Below are positions 22,175 through 32,246 of a stretch of 48,690 nucleotides of DNA, piece by piece. Under the pieces are notes generated by a model. It had not been told where the DNA came from, ran no database searches, and saw only the letters and a list, made by a program, of their open reading frames with translations. Source of the DNA: Tortispora ganteri (Eukaryota); NCBI GenBank assembly GCA_003707115.1, contig PPNB01000007.1, positions 310,001 to 358,690 of the forward strand, written 5' to 3'. How positions within the stretch are numbered: position 1 is the stretch's first letter; the number at the start of each line of letters is the position of its first letter. Position numbers and translations under genes: made by a program.

Positions 22175-25100
22175 TATCAGGTATCGGATCTCAAAATCGA
22201 AAGTAAAGTAGTCAGCTAGGCTAAGCTTGGCGTTTCCATCACACTGTGCGGAAACAGGAAGATTAGCGCATCAAAGAAGCGGACTAGGTGATTGTCAAAA
22301 AAGGCGAGGTCAGCGATGCAAAAAAAGAATATAAGTATTTTTACAAGTCAACAATATTGTTTAAAAGTCAACTGACACGGGTTCATTTCGCTAATAAAAA
22401 GAAAAAAAGACAGGGACTTAGGTGCTATGCGTAATGCAACAGTAGGGACCGGGATAGTTTGTTTGTGATTTTGCCAATCATTAGTTTTAATTTAAATTTT
22501 GCTTTTTTTTTGCGTAGATAATTACGCTTTTTAATTTTGGTTTTTTTTTTAGTGTTTTTCTTTTCATATGAACTTTGAATTACTTCTTTTAACCTATATC
22601 CCGTAAATTAATCATAGAATCGAATGTTTTATATGTGCATCACTATACCTCGTGATATTTTTCCTTCATTATCGAAGTATTTCAGTAATACTGAAATCGG
22701 TTTTGGCTAACTTCTCACGATGTTTTATCTTATAGTAAACCCTGACACCACCCTGTTCAGTTTAATAAAAAAAGCCGCAGTAGTTAGCTCGTCTCTATGT
22801 CAGACCGTCCGCGCACGGGACCTAAGAATTCTCACTTTTTAAAAGACTATCAAATCATTGCCGTCATAAGATCTATTGAACTTCTACAAGAGCAGGGTTT
22901 AAAGTATTTAGTTCCGCGCTTTTCCACTTAGCTGTAACTGACTCTTAAAAGGCATTTTGACAGGAATGTCAAATATGCCGCGAACATGGCGAGAACAGCT
23001 TAGACTTTTGAGATTTTACGCCTTTTTTTCCTTTGAAAAATGTTTCGATCTGGGCCGAGCCTATGTCTAGTCCAAGAAATAAAATATAAAACTGTGAGAG
23101 GGCGTGGCGCGATATAATAAAGGCGGCAATAAGGGAACTGCGAACATTAAGGATTTGTGGCTTATAAAACTGTATTTTTGACCATGCGGTCGCCGCTCAC
23201 CATATCGCCTGACCGTATTGGTACCGGTCAGTTTGCTTAAATTGCTAACAGATACCGTCACTATGTCTTTAAGTTCAGCTATTTTTATACTTATACTGAA
23301 ATTATAAATGGGTATCACAATTTCACATTAGGCATCATTGACCAATGCCTAAAATCAACCAACTTCCACCTCCACCGTCATGCAACCTCCACCTAACCCC
23401 TCCTTCACGAATTTTGTCTCCCGAAGTTAAATGGTAAATGTCCCCATTCCTTAGCTTAATTAAGTATTCATTAAGTCACTCAATTCCTTCCGTTCATTTT
23501 TCATTGTTCGGCTTTAAACTCAATCTTAGATTTAGATTCTCGCCATGAAACCCTATTGCTACAATTAGGCCCCGCCTTCATTTTTAGATTTTTTCCCTTA
23601 TGCCTTTACATTCTGCTCTTACCTTTTATCTTATTATCCCTTTCAATATATCCTTTGCTTATACCGTTAACGAAGTTTCGCAGAACATTAAGATATTAAT
23701 TTTGCTATGAATTTCCTGCTATCGATATCGATTGCGCGGTAAGCTCTACTTAGCTGTTCTTATCATCTTTAGCTATTCGCTTATTAACCCGTTTCCCGTC
23801 CACTTAAAGTATAGGGTAAGGGCTTGTCTATACTCCTTAATTAAACGGTGTTTCAATGCGAACTTTAAAGCCGCAAAAACCATATACGATAATCTATCTT
23901 GATCGGTATCATTAAGACCCTTTTGGTATTCACTTCTAGCTGCCAATGTCCAACCGCTCTAGTGCAGGCATCAGTTTTAAGTACTTTTTCTATTTCAATA
24001 CATTTAGAAAAACAAACAAACAAGCAAACAATTGCTTATAGTGTCCTAGCGCCGAATTATTGTTGCCACTAAGTGCGATCAGTTGTTTTTGGAAAAAGAG
24101 CCAAGCTCTGTCTCCTGTTTCGCTTAGTGAAAAATTCCGCTTCACTTTCAGACATTCCAACCTTTTCTTTATAGTTACACTGGACAACTCTCTATGTCAA
24201 AAGCGCCGTACCATACAGAAACTGCTGTCGTTACGCCCGATAGAACAGATGTTTGATCGTTCCAAATTTTAACACCTTTAGTGGTGAGGTCATTGGCGTC
24301 GGCTTTTCGCCTATCGCAATGCAGGCTAAGACTTGACAAATAACGTCACTTCGAGTTCACCCTTTTTTCTTAAAATTCTAACTACACAGTGTCCATAATC
24401 TGAGTTAAAAACTTACACGGATCGCACTTTCCAGTGACTTCTGTTTTCCTATAGCTATGACGTGCTCGATACTGTGACCTAGATATTCATGGAAACAAAT
24501 AAAACCTGCATAATAGTAGCGATGGGTGTATGAGGAACTATTGGCGTTCTGTGGTTTTAAGGCGAACTTACACGGGCATCTCCTGCAGGAATGATTTTCT
24601 TTAAATTGGCTGTTAATGAAACTTACTTCTTGTTTGCAGGTGAAATAAACGTGACGTTATTTAAAACAACCTTAATAAAGTTAACGTTTTCTTATTGAAG
24701 TATTGTTTCAACTGTATTCTTAACAAAGTTTCGAACGTACGATTAGGTTCAGATACAGACTTTTGCGAGTTTAGTTTCACCGGAATACAGGAAGCTTATC
24801 TCCCGCTAACCATGATAATGACAGTTACTAAATCCATGTCCAAGAATGATATCTATTGTAAGTCGATATTTTTAGCGTACAGCTTTGAAATCAGATTGAT
24901 GTGCTGATAATGTCAGTACCAAATGTCCTTTTCGCTGAATAAATATCGCGGGTCATTCATATTTCCCATAATGGAACCAGAAAACTTGCGATTTGTTGAA
25001 GCCCAACAGTCACGAGAATTAAGTTTCATAAAGCCTGCGTAAATGTTCGTTAGTATTAGACAAGCCGTTCGGCGCCAACACTAAACTCAGCTGAACTAGC

Positions 25101-25425
25101 CATCTTACTTGGATAAACCACCTAGCGCGCGCTAATAGATGTCTGACGTAACGATATACTCGCAATATCAATTGAAGTATAAGGATAAACAGGGAGATAG
25201 ACAACTATTATAATCAATTTGCGGCACGGTGCCTGTATAAGGCAATATTACACGGCATCCAGCCCGGTCAATCGCGACACCGTAACCTTAATGCCTGCTG
25301 TATATATCGAAAGTTTAACCTTAGTATTCTGGTACAAGTGGCGTAACGGTCTACACAATTGCAGATTCTCAAGCACGAACCTATTGAATAATCTAAAATA
25401 GTTCATAAAGGCGGAAGATTGCATC

Positions 25426-25469
25426 AAAAAAAAAAATAAAAATAAAAAATAAAAAAATAAAAAAATAAA
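25426..25469. repeat. A-rich (A5-11 T)n tract
   Basis: Runs of 5-11 A separated by single T, read directly from the sequence. Confidence 0.85.
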
Positions 25470-26027
25470 GTAGTAAAGCTTATTGAGCGGGCGGGTTAAT
25501 TGCAATTGAATTTCCGCGATCGCTAAACCCAGTGAGGTACGAGGCAGATAATAAAAGCGCACGTGGCAAGTTCGTTGTAAACACCTCTAAAGTTTGCATA
25601 CGTCTGCAATTTCGTAATTAATACAGAACCAATGAAACGGCACAAAACTCACTTGATATTTCAATTTTGTAAATAGGCTGCTATGAAAGAACTTACCTTA
25701 GTGCATTAAACCGGGCTGATCGGTCTTTGTTAATGAAACTAATCCGTTATCTGCATCGCATCGCAAACCTTATAGTGTGGTTGAGGGTTAGAATTTGACT
25801 TTGAGCGCCTTGGCTTTTCAAAGTTAGGTTTGCATACTCAGGCACACATTGTGCCATGCCTCCCCTTTTTGCAACCGCGCAGAGATGGTCAGAAGGTCTC
25901 GTTATAGCGGTCAAACGCAGTTCAAATTCAGTAAATAGAGCAACAAATGACCAGATACGTAGCTCTTTGCAATCAGACTATTTTCAAGGCACAGTCCAAT
26001 ATAAGATATAGTACTATCAATTTAACC

Positions 26028-26057
26028 TCGATATCGATATCGCTATCGCTATCGCTA
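26028..26057. repeat. Hexamer microsatellite (TCGATA)2(TCGCTA)3
   Basis: Five consecutive 6-bp units read directly. Confidence 0.8.
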
Positions 26058-27101
26058 CCAACAATTCCACAAATTCAGGAAAACAAACTCTATTAGATTC
26101 TGCAGTTGTTTGTAGTCTTAAGTGGGCGTTGTCATTGCCGTTTTCCCACTAGTTACAACATTCGCAATTACTAACTTAACTGCGAACTATGTAGCGCTAT
26201 ATCCTGCGATCATTAATATGCACTACGATATGTACAATGCTTATACCAAGTAAACTCCGCCAGATATTTTTTGTGCAGTCCTTTCAGATATAAGGCCTGC
26301 AATTTATCTTGATCAAATAAAAATCTAGCATTGTCAGCAAATCAGGATCGTATTACGGCTCTAGATCAACCTTTAAGTTTCTTTAAAAGTTTTTTATTTT
26401 CGGCTCTTTCGCTTCCATTATTGACCGGTAATGTGCTAACGATATCATTCATGATCGATCCGAAAAACTCAATTGCTGTCCCGTGACTAACTGCCCATTG
26501 ATAGAATCAATAAGGGGTATTTCGTCACCCCAGATCTATCGCTAAATGTTCCGCAGTTTCTTGCCTTACAGCGAAGCTGACAATTATCTTAATTGTTGCC
26601 CTCACAACTATCGCTTTCGCTAGGCACAATGCCCACAACGTATCAGCGATCTCATCACGATCCCGCACTTACAGCTAGGTCGTCAATAAATCTCTAAAGC
26701 TTTCCTCAATCTCTACTTAGCTAACGGTACAGTCAAGATGACCTAAACCATACCATACAGTTTAACCACAGTGAGCCGCATTCCCTCCTTGAGTCTCATT
26801 CAACCAGCTCCAACTCCACATCCTCCCCACACCTTGCTATTCGCCTATACATTATAGCACTGCATTCATCTCGCTTTTATACACGCTTCTATCTGAAATA
26901 TCATTCTATAATTCTTATCGCTAATCTGAGCTCTTCTGACTTGTTTCGTTGACTTTGCTCTTCTCTATTGGTCATAGCGTTGTCTTAGCAACCTTACTAC
27001 ACTAGGAACGAAAACAACGCGAACTTACACCCATATAATACATTATTTTGCTGCATTTGTTTGAAATTCCCGCCGCAACAGTATTAGTTCTTTTATTCTA
27101 A

Positions 27102-28700
27102 ATGGTCAACGAAGTATCTTTGGCGAATCTATACAGAGCTATTGACTTGGACTTTAGAGATTCAGCCAATATCATATCAGAAAAGCTCTATTTTCAAGAC
27201 CCTACTGATCTACATGCTTACGCCCGAGCACTCGTTTTAGCTCGTCAAAGCTCATACACCGGAGTTTTTGGCTTACTTTCTAGAATACTAGAAGGCAAAA
27301 GGCCTAAAGAATCTGAAATTTACGCAGGATCGGCCTTCTTGTATGCACAGTCCGCCGTAGCAACAGAATCCGATGTCATAGATTCTAGCACACGACTCCA
27401 GAAGGCTTTAGTATACCTAGACCATGCTTTAACACTCAAAGATTTGCCCGAATACATTTCTGCAGGTTCTGAAGGTAACTCTCGTGTAAAATACGCAGAC
27501 AGGTCTGCATTGCTCACAATGAAAGCTGCTGTTCTGCGAGTCTTACCGCCAGTCCCTTCAGACGACCACGCGAAAAGTAGTCGTATAGAAAACAACGCTA
27601 ACCACTCTATGTTAGCCAGTTGTGCTGCCGATGCTTTTGCAATTGATCCGTTTAACTGGGATGCGCTTAACCTGCTGGCTTTTGCGGGCGCCACCATAAA
27701 CCTAGACCTAATACCTGGCTTTCGATCCAAAAACAAGTTTCTTTATGTGCTTGCCAAAATCGTTTTAATGCTAGCCCGTTACGACCTCTCTGAAGCTTCA
27801 AAGGCAGTAGAAACTTTAAATGATCTAGCTATGCGAACACCTACGTTCATGTGCTTAGTTGGCAGGATCAAATTCGAACTTGTCGACTACAAAGGCAGCT
27901 ACAGAGCATTCAGGATCGCACGAGAACTCGATACTACCCGTGCTAAAGATATGGACTATTTCTCTACACTTTTATGGCATATGAAAAAACATGCAGAGCT
28001 TTCTTTTTTGGCGCATGATCTTATTGACATGGACCGGTCGGCTCCAGAAGGTTGGGTCGCTCTAGGTAACGCTCTGTCTCTTGAGAACGATGAAGAAGGT
28101 TCACGTCTTGGGTTCCAAAGAGCAGCTGGCCTTGCACCTAGGTATTCATACGCTTACACACTTCTTGGTCACGAGTATGTTTCTGCTGAAGATTATGAGT
28201 CTGCTCTTAAGTATTTCAGACTAGCACTTCGATACGACGCTAGACACTATAATGCCTGGTATGGAATAGGCATGGTGTTCCTCAAGCAAGGCAGACCGCA
28301 CGAAGGCTATGAAAACTTGCAAATTGCGGCTAATATAAATCCTTGCAATGCGGTTCTCGAGTGCTGTGTGGGAATGGCTCAGGAGAAACTAAACCAGGAA
28401 GCACTGGCGCTAGCGCATTACTCTAAAGCAGTACGTCTGCAGCCTAAGAGCACCTTAGCTCGCTACAAGAAAAGCCGTGCACTTGTAAGTATAGGAAAAT
28501 ACAATGCGGCCCTGGAAGATTTAAAGATTTTGCAACATTTAGCTACAGAAGAGGCCAATGTGCATTTCCTGCTGGGAACCGTATACCAAAACTTGAAAGA
28601 CTACGCGGCTGCAAGGAGGGAGTTCACGTATGCACTGGGGCTGGATCCGAAAGGAGCGCACCTTATAAAAGAAGCTTTAGAGTCGATGGCTATGAGCTAA
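27102..28700 (+). CDS. CDC27: APC/C TPR subunit Cdc27/Apc3 (compact)
   Basis: MDYFSTLLWH, LSFLAHDL, PEGWVALGN, YAYTLLGHEY, RHYNAWYGIG and ALGLDPKG. Confidence 0.92.
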   Translation: MVNEVSLANLYRAIDLDFRDSANIISEKLYFQDPTDLHAYARALVLARQSSYTGVFGLLSRILEGKRPKESEIYAGSAFLYAQSAVATESDVIDSSTRLQKALVYLDHALTLKDLPEYISAGSEGNSRVKYADRSALLTMKAAVLRVLPPVPSDDHAKSSRIENNANHSMLASCAADAFAIDPFNWDALNLLAFAGATINLDLIPGFRSKNKFLYVLAKIVLMLARYDLSEASKAVETLNDLAMRTPTFMCLVGRIKFELVDYKGSYRAFRIARELDTTRAKDMDYFSTLLWHMKKHAELSFLAHDLIDMDRSAPEGWVALGNALSLENDEEGSRLGFQRAAGLAPRYSYAYTLLGHEYVSAEDYESALKYFRLALRYDARHYNAWYGIGMVFLKQGRPHEGYENLQIAANINPCNAVLECCVGMAQEKLNQEALALAHYSKAVRLQPKSTLARYKKSRALVSIGKYNAALEDLKILQHLATEEANVHFLLGTVYQNLKDYAAARREFTYALGLDPKGAHLIKEALESMAMS

Positions 28701-28785
28701 ATTAGAAACGATTTTGATTACGATGCCTATGACATTTTTACCGATATTTACAAGAAGGAGACTCAATTTATTAGGAAGCATTTTG

Positions 28786-28822
28786 CCCTAACCCTTTTTT
28801 TAGATCTATGAGAGGGTTAGGG
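28786..28822. promoter_or_regulatory. Inverted pair of telomere-like motifs CCCTAACCCT-N17-AGGGTTAGGG upstream of SLC1
   Basis: Perfect 10-bp inverted repeat at 28786-28795 and 28813-28822. Confidence 0.5.
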
Positions 28823-28992
28823 GAGAAGGGCGGTGTTGCAAGAGGTTACCGACACTTGACCTCGACCAATTGCTACGTCGACACTGATTTCCGGCAACTC
28901 ATCCATTTAAAGACCGCTGATTTTGCTTAAATTTGTCTCTGTTGTGTTTTGGCAGTTGAGATATATATTGTTTTCGCTCTTTGCCAGCGCGG

Positions 28993-29877
28993 ATGAGCTT
29001 GATTTTGCGTACGATCGTGGTTCTTGTTATTACATTTTTAGCGAGCGAAGCCATGTCACTTAAAAGTTTCACTAAAGCGCTCAAATTCTGGACTCGAGCT
29101 GTGTGTACTCTTGGATGTGTAACATTTAGTGCCTTTTATGGTGTAATTGCCTCTGCTGTACTGTTATTGGTCAACAAGCAGGGACTAGCGCAATGGACTA
29201 CCGCTAGGTGCTTCAAGTTAGTTATGAAGTACATAATGGGGATAAATGCTGTTGTTATTAACGAAGAAATCCTGACAAAATATCCTCGTGCTGTTATTGT
29301 GTCCAATCACCAGTCCGAGCTTGACCTGTTAGCCCTCGGCGCTCTCTTCCCTAAAAATTGTACTGTAACCTCCAAAAGTTCACTGAAGTACGTGCCGTTC
29401 TTAGGCTGGTACATGATTCTCTCGGGCACATTTTTCATCGATCGCGGAAACAGCGCGCGTGCGCGTCGAACTATGGAAAATGCGCTTAAACGGCTAAAGA
29501 CCGGCACTCAACGTGTCTTCATTTTCCCTGAAGGTACCCGCTCTTACACAACCGAACCGGCGTTGCTTCCGTTCAAAAAGGGCGCCTGTCATTTGGCAGT
29601 TGATGCGCAGGTTCCGATAATACCTTGTGTTGTATCGAACACTTCGAAAATCTACTCGCCACGCAACAGAGTTTTCGAAAAAGGAACTATGACTATTACG
29701 GTTCTCGACCCGATTCCAACAGAAGGATTAACATCACAAGATGTGACTGCGTTAAACGACAAGCTGAGAAATATCATGCTGACAGAAGTGATGAAAGAAG
29801 CTTCAACAGCTGAAGGAATGGAGGAAATGTTAAACACTGAAGCTTCTAACTCTCATACTCCACTTTTAGGAAGCTAA
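28993..29877 (+). CDS. SLC1: 1-acylglycerol-3-phosphate O-acyltransferase
   Basis: NHQSELD, FFIDR, FPEGTRS and PFKKGA; N-terminal TM segments. First ATG at 28993. Confidence 0.94.
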   Translation: MSLILRTIVVLVITFLASEAMSLKSFTKALKFWTRAVCTLGCVTFSAFYGVIASAVLLLVNKQGLAQWTTARCFKLVMKYIMGINAVVINEEILTKYPRAVIVSNHQSELDLLALGALFPKNCTVTSKSSLKYVPFLGWYMILSGTFFIDRGNSARARRTMENALKRLKTGTQRVFIFPEGTRSYTTEPALLPFKKGACHLAVDAQVPIIPCVVSNTSKIYSPRNRVFEKGTMTITVLDPIPTEGLTSQDVTALNDKLRNIMLTEVMKEASTAEGMEEMLNTEASNSHTPLLGS

Positions 29878-29953
29878 AATGGGGCATTTGTTAGATCCCT
29901 TGTGCCACCACTTTTACACGATATTTCTTTTATAAAATATATACTATCCGTGA

Positions 29954-31633
29954 TTAATCTTCGGTATCTCGCTTAAGAGCAGTAAATCCGTTTTCTATAG
30001 AATTGCATGGGAGTTGTTCTTCATCTTCTTGTTCATGTGGGTCCAGCTGTAGCTTGAACCCATCAGCAGTAGCAGATATTTTGTAGGCGCCCTTCAAAAC
30101 GAGGTCTTTAGCTACTAATTCTCTCGTACGTCCTAAACTCTCGATAGCCTCCACTCTACGGATCGATCGCTTAAGCAGTTCGTCGAATCCAGGTGTGTTG
30201 ACGATTTCGCGGAATGCTTGCATCATGGGAAGAGAATCTGCGCGTACATGCGATTTGGCATCCACGGCAAAAATGTTCAAGTGGTCATAAGCTTCGATGT
30301 AATCGGGGCGAGTCATGATCTGGCGTGCAAACCATAGTGGTAGTTCTGGCAAACCATCTTTGCAACCGTGTTGCTCATTGTGTGCGATTGCGGCGGGGTT
30401 GTTCTTGAGTTTGCGTTCCTGCTCGACTAGAGCCTTCGCAAGCAGCATAGCTGAAGTAGAAAATTTCCCATACTCCATCACGTCATCGTCCATGTCAGTG
30501 CCGAGCAGGGCGCAATGATTGAGGAACCAGGTCTTCTCACGTTGTATGATTTCGTTCACTTTCTCCATCATATCGGAGTGCTGGGCGACTTGATTGATAT
30601 GCTGCGGCCTACCTCCAATGAGATTAACAATGTATTTAAGTTTTTCATCCGGGATATTCTGGTTCCAGTAGTGTTTTCTGCGGCTTTTGAGTACGTTGCA
30701 GGCCTGATCTAAAGGTAGGTCGCGGATATTGAGCACTTCGAGACGCGTGCTTAGGCGTTTGAGACGTTGATATACCCAGTAGTCGTTTGAATTAAAAATT
30801 ATTGTGGCAAGACCAGAAGATGCGAGGGTCTCTGCCTTTTGCTGGAGCAATTCTACGAGGTCCTGGCCGTCGTCGTTGTGTCTGATGAGATGCATGCCGC
30901 TGATGATAATAACGAGTGGTTTGTTGTACTTTTTGAAACGGTTTATGGCAACAATCTGTAATTTCTGGAATGCTCTCTCTATATCGAGCAAGGCAGTAGT
31001 ATCTCTCGGACCACGCATTGAGAAGAGCGAACCGATGTAATTCTCTGCAAATTTGAAGTTAAAGGCTTCGCCTAGGCGAATTCTGAAGATTTCTGGATCG
31101 GCATGCGCTTCAAGCCAACAGCAATTAAAACCATTGACGTTACGGACAGCTTCGACAAGCATTGATGTCTTTCCGGTGCCCTGTTCGCCAACAAGGAGGA
31201 AGTACCTACCAGATATTTTGCCTTCAAGGATCTGGTTGAGTTTAGCCTGTTCATCACGATAAACGAAACTGGAAGAATCGTCAGAGATTTTCTGCCGTGC
31301 TTGATTATGATTGACCAGGTAACCTTGAAGGTCAGGATGAATTCCACCCTCAAAAGCTGAGCTGATATCGTGGAGAACTTTGAATTGATAATATTCGTGG
31401 TAGCAGTAGCCTGCGGCAGCAAGTGTTAAAAGTGTAGTAATAGAGGTGACAGCAGCTTCACCCGCGCGATAAGCAGCGCTTTTAGTAAATGAAGTTTCAG
31501 ATGAATGACCGGGTTCGGCAACATTGAAACTGAAGAATGATCTACGCCAGCGCGGGCGAAATATTGAGGTAGCCCTGCGCGTGCGGATCATGTCGAATGG
31601 GACGTTGTGATTGGCCCCCATAGGTTGTTTCAT
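29954..31633 (-). CDS. Uncharacterised membrane-anchored P-loop (AAA-like) protein, probably mitochondrial
   Basis: Arg-rich N-terminus, one TM segment (AAVTSITTLLTLAAAGYCY) and Walker A GEQGTGKT. The exact start Met is uncertain. Confidence 0.75.
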   Translation of the reverse strand: MKQPMGANHNVPFDMIRTRRATSIFRPRWRRSFFSFNVAEPGHSSETSFTKSAAYRAGEAAVTSITTLLTLAAAGYCYHEYYQFKVLHDISSAFEGGIHPDLQGYLVNHNQARQKISDDSSSFVYRDEQAKLNQILEGKISGRYFLLVGEQGTGKTSMLVEAVRNVNGFNCCWLEAHADPEIFRIRLGEAFNFKFAENYIGSLFSMRGPRDTTALLDIERAFQKLQIVAINRFKKYNKPLVIIISGMHLIRHNDDGQDLVELLQQKAETLASSGLATIIFNSNDYWVYQRLKRLSTRLEVLNIRDLPLDQACNVLKSRRKHYWNQNIPDEKLKYIVNLIGGRPQHINQVAQHSDMMEKVNEIIQREKTWFLNHCALLGTDMDDDVMEYGKFSTSAMLLAKALVEQERKLKNNPAAIAHNEQHGCKDGLPELPLWFARQIMTRPDYIEAYDHLNIFAVDAKSHVRADSLPMMQAFREIVNTPGFDELLKRSIRRVEAIESLGRTRELVAKDLVLKGAYKISATADGFKLQLDPHEQEDEEQLPCNSIENGFTALKRDTED

Positions 31634-31785
31634 TATACTAGGGATGTCCTCAGTTGGGTAGTATATGAAGGGATCACTAAAATGCTCAAAAAAGAGCGCG
31701 CAAAAATAACAAATTCGAAAAATAGAACTTTCACTAAATTGGGAAAAATATAAACATTTTTAGTCATTTTTTATGTACCATTAAG

Positions 31786-31962
31786 TCACAGCAGGGTATA
31801 CAAATGAGTTTGCTTAGAACAAGGACGCGTGCTAAATGATAGCCGTGCAAGCAACAAACCTTGGGTACCAACTGCGACCACCACTGCGGCCACCACTGCG
31901 GCAACCACTGCGGCCACCATCCCGGCCATCACTCCATTCAGCCTTGATTGCGAACCCATCAT
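31786..31962 (-). CDS. Candidate 58-aa single-TM microprotein (below the ORF-track cutoff)
   Basis: ATG at 31962, TGA at 31788-31786: MMGSQSRLNGVMAGMVAAVVAAVVAAVVVAVGTQGLLLARLSFSTRPCSKQTHLYTLL. TATA-like TATAATAA about 60 nt upstream. Confidence 0.25.
   Translation of the reverse strand: MMGSQSRLNGVMAGMVAAVVAAVVAAVVVAVGTQGLLLARLSFSTRPCSKQTHLYTLL
31871..31930. repeat. 12-bp minisatellite, 5 units, consensus ACTGCGGCCACC
   Basis: Units: actgcgaccacc / actgcggccacc / actgcggcaacc / actgcggccacc / atcccggccatc. Confidence 0.9.
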
Positions 31963-32104
31963 TACACTGATATGCTGCTCTATTACAGCTCAATTCTTTA
32001 TTAAAAATTATTCTTATGTTCTATTATTATAGTCCCTGTCACTGAGAGCTAACCCGCAGTTTTAATGTGCCACTGCGAAAATCTTGGCATTGAAAATGGC
32101 ACTA

Positions 32105-32115
32105 TCCCCCAAGGT
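32105..32115 (+). promoter_or_regulatory. ZRE-like site upstream of the ZIP gene
   Basis: TCCCCCAAGGT matches ACCYYNAAGGT at all but the first position and contains the CAAGGT core. It lies about 130 bp upstream of the ATG and about 50 bp upstream of a TATAAG. Confidence 0.4.
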
Positions 32116-32246
32116 TTTTAGACTGGATAAGAAAAAAACTTTTCGCTGAATATCACATTGATTTATAAGGGCCTCATAGACCCATTTATCTTTAAGAATC
32201 CCATTCTCTAACTAAACACGTTCATTTTTACTGTGTATTTTCAATC

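Noticed and set aside
22985..23062. tRNA-like A/B-box words (TGGCGAG..., GTTTCGATC)
   Set aside because: No cloverleaf or acceptor stem can be built, and an internal T-run would terminate Pol III.
31871..31930. 12-bp repeat array as CRISPR or a mobile-element end
   Set aside because: The units are contiguous with no spacers, the context is eukaryotic, and no cas or transposase gene is present.
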